From Longimicrobiales bacterium (GTDB lineage Bacteria > Gemmatimonadota > Gemmatimonadetes > Longimicrobiales > Gaopeijiaceae): a stretch of 64,000 bases of DNA. Under the pieces are notes generated by a model. The model had not been told where the DNA came from. It saw only the letters and a program-made list of their open reading frames with translations, and ran no database searches. The translations under genes were made by a program, and so were the position numbers. The stretch spans positions 832,001 through 896,000 of the forward strand of contig CBDFIQ010000002.1 in assembly GCA_965248195.1 (NCBI GenBank), in the 5' to 3' direction. This document shows, one piece after another, positions 53,821-64,000 of this stretch. Positions within the stretch are counted from its first letter, which is position 1; the number at the start of each line of letters is the position of its first letter.

Positions 53821-54474
53821 GTGTATGTCATCCTATTGGGCCCTCCCGGCGTCGGCAAAGGCACTCAGGGAATACTGCTCGCGGATGCGATGGGATGGCA
53901 GAGGGTGGTAACGGGTGACCTTCTGCGGGCGGCAGTGGACGCCGGCACCGACTTGGGGCACCAGGCGCAGCGGTTCATGTCTGCTGGTGAGCTTGTCCCC
54001 GATCACCTCATCACCGAGATGGTGAAGGAGAAGCTGACTGCTCTGCCGGCCGGAACCGGTGTTCTCTTCGACGGCTTTCCTAGGACCGAGGCACAGGCCT
54101 CGGCGTTCAGCATGATGCTGGGTGCTCTCGGCCTCGCCATCGACCAGGTCGTCGTTCTGGAGGCGAGCGACGAAGTGCTCACCGCCAGAATCGCCGGTCG
54201 CCGATCCTGCCCCTCGTGTGGCTCCGTCTACAATACGGTCCTCGCTCCGCCTCAGCGGGAGGGCGTGTGTGACAACGATGGCTCTCGCCTGGTTCACCGT
54301 GCCGATGATACAGCCGACACGGCTCGAAACCGGCTGACGGTCTACCGCAGAGAGACGCGGCCACTGATCGCTTATTACGAGGGCAGCAAGGCCATCGTGC
54401 ACTACGTCCAGAGCCACAAGGGGGTGGCGGAGGTCCAGGGCGAGGTTCGCAAGGCCTTGGGATTGGTGGCGTAG
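53821..54474 (+). CDS. adk: adenylate kinase
   Basis: GPPGVGKGTQ, DGFPRT, Cys-containing LID. Confidence 0.97.
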   Translation: MYVILLGPPGVGKGTQGILLADAMGWQRVVTGDLLRAAVDAGTDLGHQAQRFMSAGELVPDHLITEMVKEKLTALPAGTGVLFDGFPRTEAQASAFSMMLGALGLAIDQVVVLEASDEVLTARIAGRRSCPSCGSVYNTVLAPPQREGVCDNDGSRLVHRADDTADTARNRLTVYRRETRPLIAYYEGSKAIVHYVQSHKGVAEVQGEVRKALGLVA

Positions 54475-55245
54475 ATGATTCACCTGAAGACTCCGAAAGA
54501 AATCGACACCATCGCTCGGGGCGGCGCGATCATCGCCGATTTTCTGGTTGAAGTCCGTCCTCGGATTCGACCCGGCGTCTCCACACTGGAACTCGATGAG
54601 TTCGCAGATGCGTTCATCCGTGCCCATGCCGGTGCGGTACCCGCGTTCAAGGGCCTGTACGGTTTTCCCGGGAGCGTCTGTACGTCGGTGAATGAGGAGG
54701 TCGTCCACGGCATTCCGAAGGCCGACCGGAAACTGGAAGACGGGGACATAATTTCGATCGACGTGGGGGTCAAGGTGGACGGTTGGTGCTCCGACTCTGC
54801 CTGGACGTTTCCGGTCGGCGAGATCGACGAGAGCACGCGCCACCTCATGGAGGTGACTGAGGACGCGCTCGACCGAGCGGTGTCCGCTGCCGTTGTCGAG
54901 GGTTCCGTTGGTGACATCGGGGCGGCCGTTGTGACGAGGGTGAAGGGGACGAGCCTCGGCATCATCAGGGATCTGGTGGGGCACGGTGTGGGGCGCGAAG
55001 TGCATGAAGAACCTCAGGTTCCGAACTTTGGCGTTTCTGGTACCGGACCGGCCCTTCGGGAGGGTATGGTGTTGGCGATCGAGCCGATGCTGTCCTGTGG
55101 AACGTCGGAAATTCAGACGCTCGACGATCGCTGGACGGTGGTTACACGGGATAGGACTCGGTCGGCCCACTTCGAGCACACGGTGGCCGTGACCTCGGTT
55201 GGACCCCGAGTTCTTACGGCAGCGCCGGCGGAAGCTCCGGCGTGA
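54475..55245 (+). CDS. map: methionine aminopeptidase type I
   Basis: SVNEEVVHGIP, GHGVG, AIEPM, SAHFEHT. Confidence 0.97.
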   Translation: MIHLKTPKEIDTIARGGAIIADFLVEVRPRIRPGVSTLELDEFADAFIRAHAGAVPAFKGLYGFPGSVCTSVNEEVVHGIPKADRKLEDGDIISIDVGVKVDGWCSDSAWTFPVGEIDESTRHLMEVTEDALDRAVSAAVVEGSVGDIGAAVVTRVKGTSLGIIRDLVGHGVGREVHEEPQVPNFGVSGTGPALREGMVLAIEPMLSCGTSEIQTLDDRWTVVTRDRTRSAHFEHTVAVTSVGPRVLTAAPAEAPA

Positions 55246-55271
55246 AAACCTCGAACTGGTCGGCCCCCACC

Positions 55272-55300
55272 TTGAGCGTGATCAAGCGTTCCACTATCAT
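55272..55300 (+). promoter_or_regulatory. probable sigma70 promoter upstream of rpmJ and the alpha operon
   Basis: TTGAGC-17 bp-TATCAT. Confidence 0.55.
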
Positions 55301-55338
55301 TAGATGCTCTGCCACAAACGTACGTCAGGGTGCTGAAA

Positions 55339-55455
55339 ATGAAGGTCCGTAGCAGCGTCAAACCGATCTGCGAAAACTGCAAGATCGTCCGGCGGCGGGG
55401 AGTCGTACGGGTTATTTGTAGTCGTAATCCCAGGCATAAACAACGCCAGGGATAG
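55339..55455 (+). CDS. rpmJ: 50S ribosomal protein L36; not in ORF track
   Basis: hand translation [38 protein letters not shown]. Confidence 0.97.
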   Translation: MKVRSSVKPICENCKIVRRRGVVRVICSRNPRHKQRQG

Positions 55456-55495
55456 GCGGCAGCGGGCTTACCCAGGGAACTGACAAGAAGGCCGG

Positions 55496-55876
55496 ATGGC
55501 ACGAATCGCGGGTGTGGATCTTCCGAAGGAAAAGCGGATCGAGGTCGCTTTGACCTACCTATACGGCATCGGTCCGTCGCGTTCGCGAGCGATCCTCGAG
55601 AACACGGGAGTGGATCCGGATCGCCGTGCGGTCGATCTCACCGATGACGACGTAAACAAGCTGCGTCAGCAGATCGAGGGTAACTACAAGGTCGAGGGTG
55701 CCCTGCGCACCGAAGTTTCCATGAATATCAAGCGTCTCATGGACATCGGCTGCTACCGGGGTCTCCGGCATCGACGCGGCCTTCCCGTGCGGGGGCAGCG
55801 CACTCACACGAATGCTCGGACCCACAAGGGCCAGAGACGGGCGATCGCCGGGAAGAAGGCGGCGCCGAAGAAATAG
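55496..55876 (+). CDS. rpsM: 30S ribosomal protein S13
   Basis: [19 protein letters not shown]. Confidence 0.98.
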   Translation: MARIAGVDLPKEKRIEVALTYLYGIGPSRSRAILENTGVDPDRRAVDLTDDDVNKLRQQIEGNYKVEGALRTEVSMNIKRLMDIGCYRGLRHRRGLPVRGQRTHTNARTHKGQRRAIAGKKAAPKK

Positions 55877-55935
55877 GCCGGCGAGTGTTAAGGGTCAGAG
55901 AGGAAGTTTCGAATAGGAAGTGAGGACCAAACGAA

Positions 55936-56325
55936 GTGGCTGATGAGAAAACGCCGCGCAAGCGGAGCAAAAAAATCGTCGAGGCGGAAGGGCTCGCGCA
56001 TATCAAGGCGACCTTCAACAATACGCTGATCACCATCACCGATAAAGCTGGAAATACGGTGGTGTGGGGCAGCGCTGGAAAGGCCGGTTTCAAAGGCTCC
56101 AAGAAATCGACGCCCTTTGCCGCTACAGTAGCGGCGGAGCAATGTGGCCGCGAAGCCCTCGCACTGGGTGTCCGGCGGGTCGACGTGCGCGTTCAGGGGC
56201 CTGGCTCCGGGCGAGAGTCGGCCATTTCAGCGCTGGCGGCCGCAGGAATCCAGATCAAATCCATCCAGGACGTCACGCCGCTTCCTCACAATGGATGCCG
56301 CCCTCCTAAGAAGCGCCGGGTCTAA
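55936..56325 (+). CDS. rpsK: 30S ribosomal protein S11
   Basis: [17 protein letters not shown]. Confidence 0.98.
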   Translation: MADEKTPRKRSKKIVEAEGLAHIKATFNNTLITITDKAGNTVVWGSAGKAGFKGSKKSTPFAATVAAEQCGREALALGVRRVDVRVQGPGSGRESAISALAAAGIQIKSIQDVTPLPHNGCRPPKKRRV

Positions 56326-56333
56326 CAGACAGC

Positions 56334-56969
56334 ATGGCACGATACACGGGACCCGTTTGCCGACTCTGCCGCCGCGAGGGGCAGAAGCTTTTTTTGAAGG
56401 GCCAGAAGTGCTACACGGAGAAGTGCGGCATCGAACGTCGCGCCTATCCTCCGGGTCAGCACGGCCCCGCGCACGCACGCAGGCGCAAACAGTCCGACTA
56501 CGCCGTCCGGCTTCGCGAGAAGCAGAAGGTGAAGAGGATCTACGGACTCCATGAAAAGCAGTTCCGGAATCTGTTCGAGCGGGCGTCCACACGGGATGGA
56601 ATCACGGGCGAGAATATGCTGATCTCTCTGGAGGTCCGGTTGGACAACGTGATTTTCCGGATGGGCTTCGCACCGAGCCGCAACGCCGCCCGGCAGCTCG
56701 TTCGGCACCGCCACGTCGAAGTCAACGGGCGTGTCGTAGACGTACCCTCCTACCAGGTGGATGCCGGGGACGAGGTGGCCATCAAAGCCAAGTCCAAGGA
56801 TTTGGCCACGGTGCAGGTGAGCCTGGAGGCTCGAACTCGCCCGTCCTTGGTGGAGTGGCTCGCCCTAGATGAAAAGAACCGCGTCGGCCGGATGACTCGT
56901 CAGCCTACGCGCCAGGATATCCCTCTGGCCGTCCAAGAACAGCTCATCGTGGAGCTCTACTCGAAGTGA
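56334..56969 (+). CDS. rpsD: 30S ribosomal protein S4
   Basis: MARYTGP, LEVRLDNV, IVELYSK. Confidence 0.98.
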   Translation: MARYTGPVCRLCRREGQKLFLKGQKCYTEKCGIERRAYPPGQHGPAHARRRKQSDYAVRLREKQKVKRIYGLHEKQFRNLFERASTRDGITGENMLISLEVRLDNVIFRMGFAPSRNAARQLVRHRHVEVNGRVVDVPSYQVDAGDEVAIKAKSKDLATVQVSLEARTRPSLVEWLALDEKNRVGRMTRQPTRQDIPLAVQEQLIVELYSK

Positions 56970-58027
56970 TGGAGACCCCCGTGCAGATCGATTTAACCGG
57001 TTTAGTACTGCCCGAGCGCATCGAGGTCACACAGGCCTCAGAAGATGGAAGCCGGACGGAGTTCGTGATCGAGCCTCTCGAGCGCGGTTTTGGCCACACG
57101 CTCGGAAACTCAGTGAGGCGGGTCCTGCTCTCGTCGCTTCGCGGAGCCGCGGTTTGGGCCTTCCGGGTCGACGGTGTCATGCATGAGCACCAGACTATTG
57201 AAGGGGTGGTCGAAGACGTTCATCAGATCATTCAGAATTTTAAGTCTCTCGTCGTCAGTTTGGACGAGGACGTGTCCGAGGCGACGCTTGCGTTCCGCGT
57301 GACTCAACCGGGCCCGGTAACGGCCGCCGCTATCGTGCCCGTGAGTGGCGTGACGATTCACGAGCCCGACCATCACCTGATGACGGTTCACGACAAGCGC
57401 AAGATCAACATCGAATTGCACGTCAAGAAGGGGCGGGGTTTCGTACTCGCCGATCAGCATGAGTTGCCGAAAGGAGCTCCGGTGGACATGGTGCGGATCG
57501 ACGCGATCTTCAATCCCGTCCGGCGTGCCAACTTCTCGGTTGAGGAAACACGGGTCGGACAGCGTACCGACTTCGATCGTCTTACGCTCGTGGTCGAGAC
57601 GGACGCGTCTGTGGATGCGGAGTCTGCGGTTCAGTATGCGGCCGCGTTGGTTCGTAAACATTTCGAGTTCATGCTGTACTTCGGGGAGGGCGGCGTGCCA
57701 ACGGTGACTGTTCCGGGGGCAGTGGAAGTGCCGGAGCGGCTGCGCGACCTGTTCGGCCGTCCTATCGAGGATCTCGCAGAGTTGAGCGTCCGATCCCGTA
57801 ACTCGCTTCAAAAGGAGAACATCCAGACACTGGGCGACCTCGTTCAGCGTACCGAGGACGAGATGCTCGGGATCGAGAACTTCGGTAAGAAATCCCTCAC
57901 AGAGATCACTGCTTTCCTTGATGAGCATGAGCTGCAGTTCGGAATGCACTTCAAGTCTGGCGACGACGGCCAGCTGTTCATGGTCGAGGAAGATGCGGTA
58001 GAAGCCGCAGAGACGAGCGAGGAGTAG
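56969..58027 (+). CDS. rpoA: RNA polymerase alpha subunit
   Basis: [27 protein letters not shown]. Confidence 0.98.
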   Translation: METPVQIDLTGLVLPERIEVTQASEDGSRTEFVIEPLERGFGHTLGNSVRRVLLSSLRGAAVWAFRVDGVMHEHQTIEGVVEDVHQIIQNFKSLVVSLDEDVSEATLAFRVTQPGPVTAAAIVPVSGVTIHEPDHHLMTVHDKRKINIELHVKKGRGFVLADQHELPKGAPVDMVRIDAIFNPVRRANFSVEETRVGQRTDFDRLTLVVETDASVDAESAVQYAAALVRKHFEFMLYFGEGGVPTVTVPGAVEVPERLRDLFGRPIEDLAELSVRSRNSLQKENIQTLGDLVQRTEDEMLGIENFGKKSLTEITAFLDEHELQFGMHFKSGDDGQLFMVEEDAVEAAETSEE

Positions 58028-58037
58028 CCCTGCGAGC

Positions 58038-58391
58038 ATGAGGCACCGCAACAAGGGCCGGGCCCTTTCCCGGACGGCGAGCCACAAGAAGGCGACGATG
58101 CGGAACATGGCGACGTCTCTCTTTCGCCACGAACGGATCGAGACGACGACTGCCAAAGCAAAGGAATTGCGTCCGTTCGCCGAGCGGTTGATCACGCTCG
58201 GCAAACGCGGGGATCTCCACGCACGTCGGCTCGCGGGCCGTCTGATTGCGGACCGCCAAGTCCTCGGCAAGCTATTCGACGATATTGGTCCCCGTTTTAT
58301 GGAACGGGCCGGAGGCTACACGCGCATTCTCAAGCTGGGAAATCGGCGGGGTGACGCCGCGGAGATGGCGCTGATCGAGTTGGTCGATTAG
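58038..58391 (+). CDS. rplQ: 50S ribosomal protein L17
   Basis: [21 protein letters not shown]. Confidence 0.98.
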   Translation: MRHRNKGRALSRTASHKKATMRNMATSLFRHERIETTTAKAKELRPFAERLITLGKRGDLHARRLAGRLIADRQVLGKLFDDIGPRFMERAGGYTRILKLGNRRGDAAEMALIELVD

Positions 58392-58445
58392 ACTGGCGGC
58401 ATCTCGAATATCACGGACGGATCAAAACGGGGAGCACGGCTAGTC

Positions 58446-58985
58446 ATGCTATCGTTCGGATCGCGAAGAGGGAAGGCTGGTGCCAGAGCCATGCCGTTGA
58501 TGGTGGTGGCGTTTCTCTCGGCCGCAGGGTTGATGGCTTGGCTGCGGGTCAGGGCTGCTCCGGTGGAAGTCGAGGTGGTGGAAGGCGCCTCCGTCGTCGA
58601 GGAAAACCCGTCGACGCTCGTAGCCATCGATGTCTTTGGTGCGAATCCCATGGCGCAGGCGGACATGCTCATCGAACTGCGCGGTTTACTCGTGCAGAGC
58701 CTCGTAGGATCGGAGGCGTTTTTCCTCGAGGTTCCCATTCAGGGCTCGTACCTGGCAAGGATGCTTCCGGAGGTGGTGGCGGGTGGCGTGGTCGTCGAGG
58801 GCGGCGCGACCGTGTCGGTGACCGGAATGGTGTATGCCATGTCGAATCCGGATAGTGTGGCCGATTCCTGGATCGCCAGCGGTAGCATTGCGGAGGGGGA
58901 TAGGATTCTTGTCCAATTCGCTGAGTCGTTCTTCGAGGTCGAGAAAGTGACGGTTACAGCGGAGCCCGAGCCCGACGCCAACTGA
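58446..58985 (+). CDS. hypothetical membrane-anchored protein
   Basis: single N-terminal TM segment, acidic soluble domain; co-oriented in the operon. Confidence 0.7.
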   Translation: MLSFGSRRGKAGARAMPLMVVAFLSAAGLMAWLRVRAAPVEVEVVEGASVVEENPSTLVAIDVFGANPMAQADMLIELRGLLVQSLVGSEAFFLEVPIQGSYLARMLPEVVAGGVVVEGGATVSVTGMVYAMSNPDSVADSWIASGSIAEGDRILVQFAESFFEVEKVTVTAEPEPDAN

Positions 58986-59007
58986 CGAACTCCGCGGGAG
59001 AAAAGGT

Positions 59008-59223
59008 ATGGCCCGAATATGTTATATGTGTGGCAAACGACCGCGGACGGGAAACAATGTCAGTCACGCCCACAACAAGACCAAGCGCCGCTGGCTGCCG
59101 AATCTTCAGACGGTCAAGATCATTACATCCGAAGGGGACCGGCGTCGCGTGCGGGTATGCACGACATGCATCAAGGGCGGGAAAATCCTAAAGGCGCCGC
59201 CCATGAGGGTGGTCGAGGCGTAA
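59008..59223 (+). CDS. rpmB: 50S ribosomal protein L28
   Basis: [26 protein letters not shown]. Confidence 0.97.
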   Translation: MARICYMCGKRPRTGNNVSHAHNKTKRRWLPNLQTVKIITSEGDRRRVRVCTTCIKGGKILKAPPMRVVEA

Positions 59224-59278
59224 AACCGGCCTCCGGATCAGTCCGACCTCGTCTGGACCTGGCGGGTATGTTGGGCCG

Positions 59279-60088
59279 ATGAATGCCACGCAATCGTCGG
59301 ACCTGGCGACCGGGTTCCATCCCCTGATCGGTCGAACCCTCGTCGTTACAAGGGCGGCGTCTCAGGCCGATGGATTGGTCGCGGCCTTGGAGGCCTTGGG
59401 CGCGAGGGTGGTCCGTCTTCCGGCGATCAGAGTCGAGCCTGCAGTGGACCAGGCGCCGCTACGGCGCGCCGTGCAGGGAGCCTCAGGCTACCATTGGGTG
59501 ATCTTTACCTCGGCCAACGGTGTCGATTTCTTCCGAAGAGCGGCGGAGGATCTTGGGATCGATGTGAACGGCGCCCTTGCCTCGACACGCCTGTGCTGCA
59601 TCGGGCCGCCCACAGCGAACGCCATCGAGGCTCTCGGCCTCACGGTTGAGGTCGTCCCTGAGACCCATAGGGCCGAAGCCGTGGTCGAGGCGCTCTCGGG
59701 CCGGACGTCGGTTCGTGGCCAACACATTTTGATCCCGACGGTGGCCGGGGCCAGGCCCGTCTTACGAGCCGGCTTGCGGGAACTGGGTGCCGAGGTAGAT
59801 GAGGTGATCGCGTACAGAACCGTCTTCGTCGAAGAGGCAAGCACCGGGGTCCTGAAACAGCTCGAAAATGGGGTGGATCTCGTGACGTTCACCTCTCCGT
59901 CTACCGTACGGAGCTTCCATCGTTTGGCGGGTGGCCAAGTCGTCCCGGACGCGGCCGTGATCGGGCCGGTGACGGCCGATGCTGCCCGCGAGTTGGGGTA
60001 TCGGGTTGCGGTGGAAGCGGATCCGTTCACAATTTCAGGATTGGTTGAGGCGATCTCGCGTCACTTTGAAGAGGATGAACATGGGTGA
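59279..60088 (+). CDS. hemD: uroporphyrinogen-III synthase
   Basis: VVTRA, IFTSANGV, CIGP, AYRT, FTSPSTV, IGPVTA. Confidence 0.9.
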   Translation: MNATQSSDLATGFHPLIGRTLVVTRAASQADGLVAALEALGARVVRLPAIRVEPAVDQAPLRRAVQGASGYHWVIFTSANGVDFFRRAAEDLGIDVNGALASTRLCCIGPPTANAIEALGLTVEVVPETHRAEAVVEALSGRTSVRGQHILIPTVAGARPVLRAGLRELGAEVDEVIAYRTVFVEEASTGVLKQLENGVDLVTFTSPSTVRSFHRLAGGQVVPDAAVIGPVTADAARELGYRVAVEADPFTISGLVEAISRHFEEDEHG

Positions 60089-61469
60089 CCTGGGCGGGTC
60101 CCCGGTTCCGGGGGCGGACCGTACGGCCCCCGTTCAGGGAGAAGACCATACAGCCGTGGGGGGGAATGCGATTCTGGACCCAGTGATCCTTCGGCTCGCC
60201 GTCCTCACCTATTTGGTCGTTTTGCCGGTGGGCCACCTCCTGACCCTACCCGTAAACGGCACGACGGCGGTGGGGAGCGATGTTTTCCTCAGCTTGATCT
60301 TGCTCGCAGGCCTCATCGAACTCGGTCGTATGAGTGGCCCTTACTTTACCCGGGGGGTCGAGAGATTACCGTTGCTTCCGGGACGCCGCGCCTTCCACAT
60401 GGCGGCCCTCTTTTTTATGTCCTTCAGCGTTTGGGTGGCACTCGGTTCGATTTGGGCTTCCCAACCGAGCTACGCTATAAGCAAGGGCTTTGCTTTCGCG
60501 GCGTTGGGCATGGGCGCCCTGGCCATCCTGTGGTGCGGCGCTGGATGGGGAAGGGCCGCCGATGCGTGGCTCTTGGGCACCGCAATTTGCCTGGTCGTGA
60601 CCTGGATCGGCGTCCTCTTGGGCCCCGATGCCCTTCAGACGCGCCTGCTTTATGACGGAGGGTCCATTCGCGGCCTTCCGGTGCCGCGCGTGTCGGGACC
60701 CTTCCCTCACCCGAACATGTTCGGGGATTATCTGGTGGTGTCCGGTGCCATCCTCTGGGAGAGAAGGAGCGCTTTACGGGAGAGGTGGGGACGGGGCGCG
60801 GTTGCCGCGGCGTGGCTCCTGGCCGCTACACTGCTCACCACGGTTTCCTCCGCCTGGCTCGGCGCCGGTGTACTGCTGACCGCTATCGGCCTCCTCACGA
60901 TGCGCCAGCGGGATAGGCCCTTGGCCATCCAGTGGAAAAGGCCAGCTCCGGTCATTTTGGTGGTCACGGGCATCATCCTCTTCACGATGACGCTGGCGGC
61001 GCTCCTCATTCCGATGGGAGTTGAGGTCGCGGGGCTTTCGATCACGGGGAGTGGAATCAGGCCCGCCATCTGGGCCTCGGCTCTGGAAACATTCAAGGAG
61101 GCACCCATCGGGGGCGTGGGCGCGCGTCCATTTTTGGCCGTCGCGGCCGACCCACTCAGCGCGACGAGCGCCGCGGCCGTCTGGGACGCGCATAATGTCT
61201 ACCTGAGCATCCTCGGCCAGTTCGGGCTGGTCGGGGCCGCCCTGTTCGCCGGGGGCGGGCTGGTGCTCACGTGGACGCTGTTTCGGGAAGGAGCGACGAG
61301 CAGACATGCCGTGCTGCTCGTCGCCCTGTTGGCCGCGGCAATCCATGGGGTCGCGAGCGCCAGCGAGGAATTTCGACACCTATGGGCCTTGCTAGGCCTC
61401 GTCGGCTTGGCGAGTGTCCCGCGGTGGGCCCACGGCCAGTGGTGGAAGGAAGAGGGTTCTCAGGAGTGA
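60081..61469 (+). CDS. O-antigen ligase/polymerase family membrane protein
   Basis: RVSGPFPHPN, R..IW, DAHNVYL..LGQFGLVG; many TM helices. Confidence 0.8.
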   Translation: MGDLGGSPVPGADRTAPVQGEDHTAVGGNAILDPVILRLAVLTYLVVLPVGHLLTLPVNGTTAVGSDVFLSLILLAGLIELGRMSGPYFTRGVERLPLLPGRRAFHMAALFFMSFSVWVALGSIWASQPSYAISKGFAFAALGMGALAILWCGAGWGRAADAWLLGTAICLVVTWIGVLLGPDALQTRLLYDGGSIRGLPVPRVSGPFPHPNMFGDYLVVSGAILWERRSALRERWGRGAVAAAWLLAATLLTTVSSAWLGAGVLLTAIGLLTMRQRDRPLAIQWKRPAPVILVVTGIILFTMTLAALLIPMGVEVAGLSITGSGIRPAIWASALETFKEAPIGGVGARPFLAVAADPLSATSAAAVWDAHNVYLSILGQFGLVGAALFAGGGLVLTWTLFREGATSRHAVLLVALLAAAIHGVASASEEFRHLWALLGLVGLASVPRWAHGQWWKEEGSQE

Positions 61470-62803
61470 TCCGCGCAGCAAGCGGCTCAGCGCTGGTGCT
61501 CCTGGCGGTCGTCGCTTCGGCACTGCTCGGCCTCTCGGTCATCGAGAGGCCCGGTGTTGCGCTCCCGTTCTCCGTCGAGTTGATCCTGCTTCTTGCGCTC
61601 ACGTTGTGGGGACTCTCCCGGGAGCCCGACCTCGATATTCGCAAGTGGCTGGTTCGACTGGCGCTGGCGGCCCTGGCACTCCGGTTGCTTGTGGTCCTGG
61701 TCGTCCAGTTCAGGCTTTCGCCGTACTTTTTCGCTCCCGATGCCGAGGGCTATGAAATAATCGGTCGGGCGATCGGCGATCATTGGGCCGGTGAGGGTCT
61801 TGCTCCGAGGGCAATCCGAGAGGGGTGGCGTCCTGGTTATTACCACCTCAACGCCGTGTTCTACTCGGCGTTCGGCGACTCCCGGCTCGCGCTGGTCGTT
61901 CTCAATATTTTCGCGGGCGTGTGGACGGCGCTCATCACGTTTTATCTCACCCGGGAGTTCCTGCCGGTCGCCTCCGCCAAGGTGGCTGCAATACTCACCG
62001 GCGTTTTTCCGTCCTTGGTGCTCTGGTCGGTGCTCAACATTCGAGATGCGTTGGCCGCCCTCTGTACGGTGGTGCTCGTGCTGTACGGTATGCGTCTTTC
62101 CAAGAGATTCCGGGTGTCTCACGTCTGGATTTTCGCCATGGCCTTACTCGGCCTGGGTCTGCTCAGGGACTACATGGCCTTCCTCGTCGTCCTGGGGCTC
62201 GCGATCGGAAGTGTGACCGCGGTCCGTCCGGAACGCATGTTCGGGACGATGTTGTTCGGTACCACGGCCGCGCTGACGTTGACCTACTTTGCGGATCAGG
62301 TTGGCCTTTTTACGGCCATACGCCCCGAGGGACTTCTCGAGACAGCGCAGGTTCTGCGGGTCGGACTACAGCAGGGTGCTACCTCTGCGTTCGGCGTGGG
62401 AGCGGAGACCCGTACCATCGGAGCGGCTCTCGGATACATACCGATCGGGGGCTCTTACCTACTTTTTGCGCCCTTCCCGTGGGCTGTCGAAACCCCGCTT
62501 CAGGCGACGGCGAGGTGGGAGATGCTCCTCTGGTATCCTCTTTTCCTGGCGTCGATTCTCGGGTTCCGAATCACCCTCCGAGATCGCTTGACCACGGGGT
62601 TCTTTCCCATATCCGTGCTTCTGATCGTCGTGTCGAGCTATGCCCTGGTGGAGGGAAACTTCGGTACGGCGTATCGGCATCGGGCCCAGATCATGCCGCT
62701 CTTCTTCGTTTTTTCGGGCGTCGGCCTCTTCTGGATCAAGGTCCGGATCATCAGCCAGACGCAGTGGTGGCGGACTAGGACCCAGTTACGGTACCGAAGT
62801 TAG
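61466..62803 (+). CDS. polytopic membrane protein, GT-C / Wzy-like
   Basis: DAEGY, FPSLVLWSVLNIRD, NFGTAYRHR; GTGA overlap with the previous gene. Confidence 0.65.
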   Translation: MIRAASGSALVLLAVVASALLGLSVIERPGVALPFSVELILLLALTLWGLSREPDLDIRKWLVRLALAALALRLLVVLVVQFRLSPYFFAPDAEGYEIIGRAIGDHWAGEGLAPRAIREGWRPGYYHLNAVFYSAFGDSRLALVVLNIFAGVWTALITFYLTREFLPVASAKVAAILTGVFPSLVLWSVLNIRDALAALCTVVLVLYGMRLSKRFRVSHVWIFAMALLGLGLLRDYMAFLVVLGLAIGSVTAVRPERMFGTMLFGTTAALTLTYFADQVGLFTAIRPEGLLETAQVLRVGLQQGATSAFGVGAETRTIGAALGYIPIGGSYLLFAPFPWAVETPLQATARWEMLLWYPLFLASILGFRITLRDRLTTGFFPISVLLIVVSSYALVEGNFGTAYRHRAQIMPLFFVFSGVGLFWIKVRIISQTQWWRTRTQLRYRS

Positions 62804-62944
62804 CGAGCACGTCGTCCGATATACGGGAACTCCCGCCATCGGTCTGGCCCCTCGTGGCGGGGCGTTGCTCACTCTTGAAACACGGCTGCAGACGGCCGGA
62901 CGCTGACCCGGGATCTTGCCACGTCCGTACCGTGCGGTGAGCTT

Positions 62945-63828
62945 TTGTCGAAATCACGGCTGCCAAGGATTACGCCTGACGTGAACCCGCCCGGCACCAT
63001 TCTCTTGCTCCTGGTCGGGAGCCTGGCTCTGCTCACCTCGGTGATGCTTACGCCCGTCATTCGGCGAGCCGCCCTGAGGTCGACCCGCCTATCCGCGGCG
63101 TCGCCGGAGCGTTGGCACCAGAGGCCAACGCCCAATTTCGGCGGAATAGCGATCTTCGTGGGATTCGCGGTAGCCGTCGTGCTGGAGACGCTTCTAACCT
63201 CCGGGGACCTGTCAATTCGGGAGGTCTCGGCGCGCGCGGTTGTCCCGCTCACCCATCGGGACGGGCTGCTCCTCGCCGCGGTTATGATCTTCGCGCTCGG
63301 CCTCGTCGACGATCTCGTCCAACTGAGGCCCAGCACCAAGCTGGTCGGCCAACTCGCGGCGGCTTCGGTGTTGCTCATGAGTGGCGTCGGCGTTTGGCTG
63401 ACCGGGTATTACGTCGTCGACGTGATGATCTCCCTGTTCTGGTTCATCGGAATCACGAACGCTCTCAACCTGCTGGACAATATGGACGGGTTGGCGGGTG
63501 GCGTTGGCGCCATCGCCGCCTCGTTCATGGGCGTCAATTTTCTGCTGGCGGGCGACGTCGAATTGGCGGGGGTGGCGTTCGCCTTCGCAGGGGCACTGGT
63601 GGGATTCCTCGTCCACAACTACCCGCCGGCCCGTATCTTCATGGGCGACAGCGGCTCGCTATTCACGGGCCTGGTGCTCGCCGGCCTCGCGCTCTCGCCC
63701 GCGCCCGGGCTGTCCCGGAGCCTTTTTGCGGTCGTCATCGTTCCTGCCATCGTACTCGCCGTCCCGATCCTCGACACGACTTTCGTAACCGTCACGCGCC
63801 TCCTGGAGGGCCGACCGGTTTCGAAGGG
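62945..63828 (+). pseudogene. MraY/WecA-family undecaprenyl-phosphate sugar-phosphotransferase interrupted by IS256
   Basis: PTPNFGGIA, GLVDD, NALNLLDNMDGL, FMGDSGS, PILDT; IS terminus starts at 63829. Confidence 0.85.
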
Positions 63829-64000
63829 GGTCAAGTCCCGATTTGTGTGTAAAAGCGGAGGAAGCTCCTCGCCTTCGGCTAGGCTGCTTGGGCGACCTCC
63901 TGTTTCTGGAGGAGTGAGAGGTCGAGGTAACGCCGGTCGCCCCAGACGTGTGTGGTCCTGAGTGCGACGGCCGTGATGAGCCTGAGGGCGCTGGCCCGGT
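63829..64000 (-). mobile_element. IS256-family insertion sequence, copy 3 (partial, cut by window end)
   Basis: matches the sequence from 30176 onward (GGTCAAGTCCCGATTTGTGTG...). Confidence 0.95.

Overview
GC-rich bacterial chromosome segment; the protein and gene-order style suggests Gemmatimonadota, which is an inference and not a database result. The backbone is the core translation/transcription supercluster: tRNA-Tyr/Gly/Thr, tuf, rpmG, secE, nusG, rplKAJL, rpoBC, then rpsL, rpsG, fusA, a second tuf, the S10, spc and alpha operons, rpmB, hemD and surface-polysaccharide genes. The first 15 kb hold an IS cluster (IS5, IS110, IS3) and metabolic or secreted-protein genes. Four things stand out. 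(1) An ~8.3 kb accessory island splits rpoC from rpsL. It carries a 7-bladed RCC1 lipoprotein and a candidate RiPP-like system: an HPr-kinase-like P-loop protein, a PqqD/RRE domain fused to a twin-Arg leader and an 8-Cys knottin-like core, and an NTP_transf_5 nucleotidyltransferase, with no cyclase, radical SAM enzyme or protease. (2) The left non-coding end of the IS110 contains a readable bridge RNA whose guide segments match the actual insertion junctions. (3) Five ribosomal proteins (L10, L4, L29, S17, L15) have low-complexity extensions, most built from tandem DNA repeats; L4 is doubled in length with a histone-H1-like tail. (4) Recent IS activity (2 IS5 and 3 IS256 copies) disrupts accessory genes.
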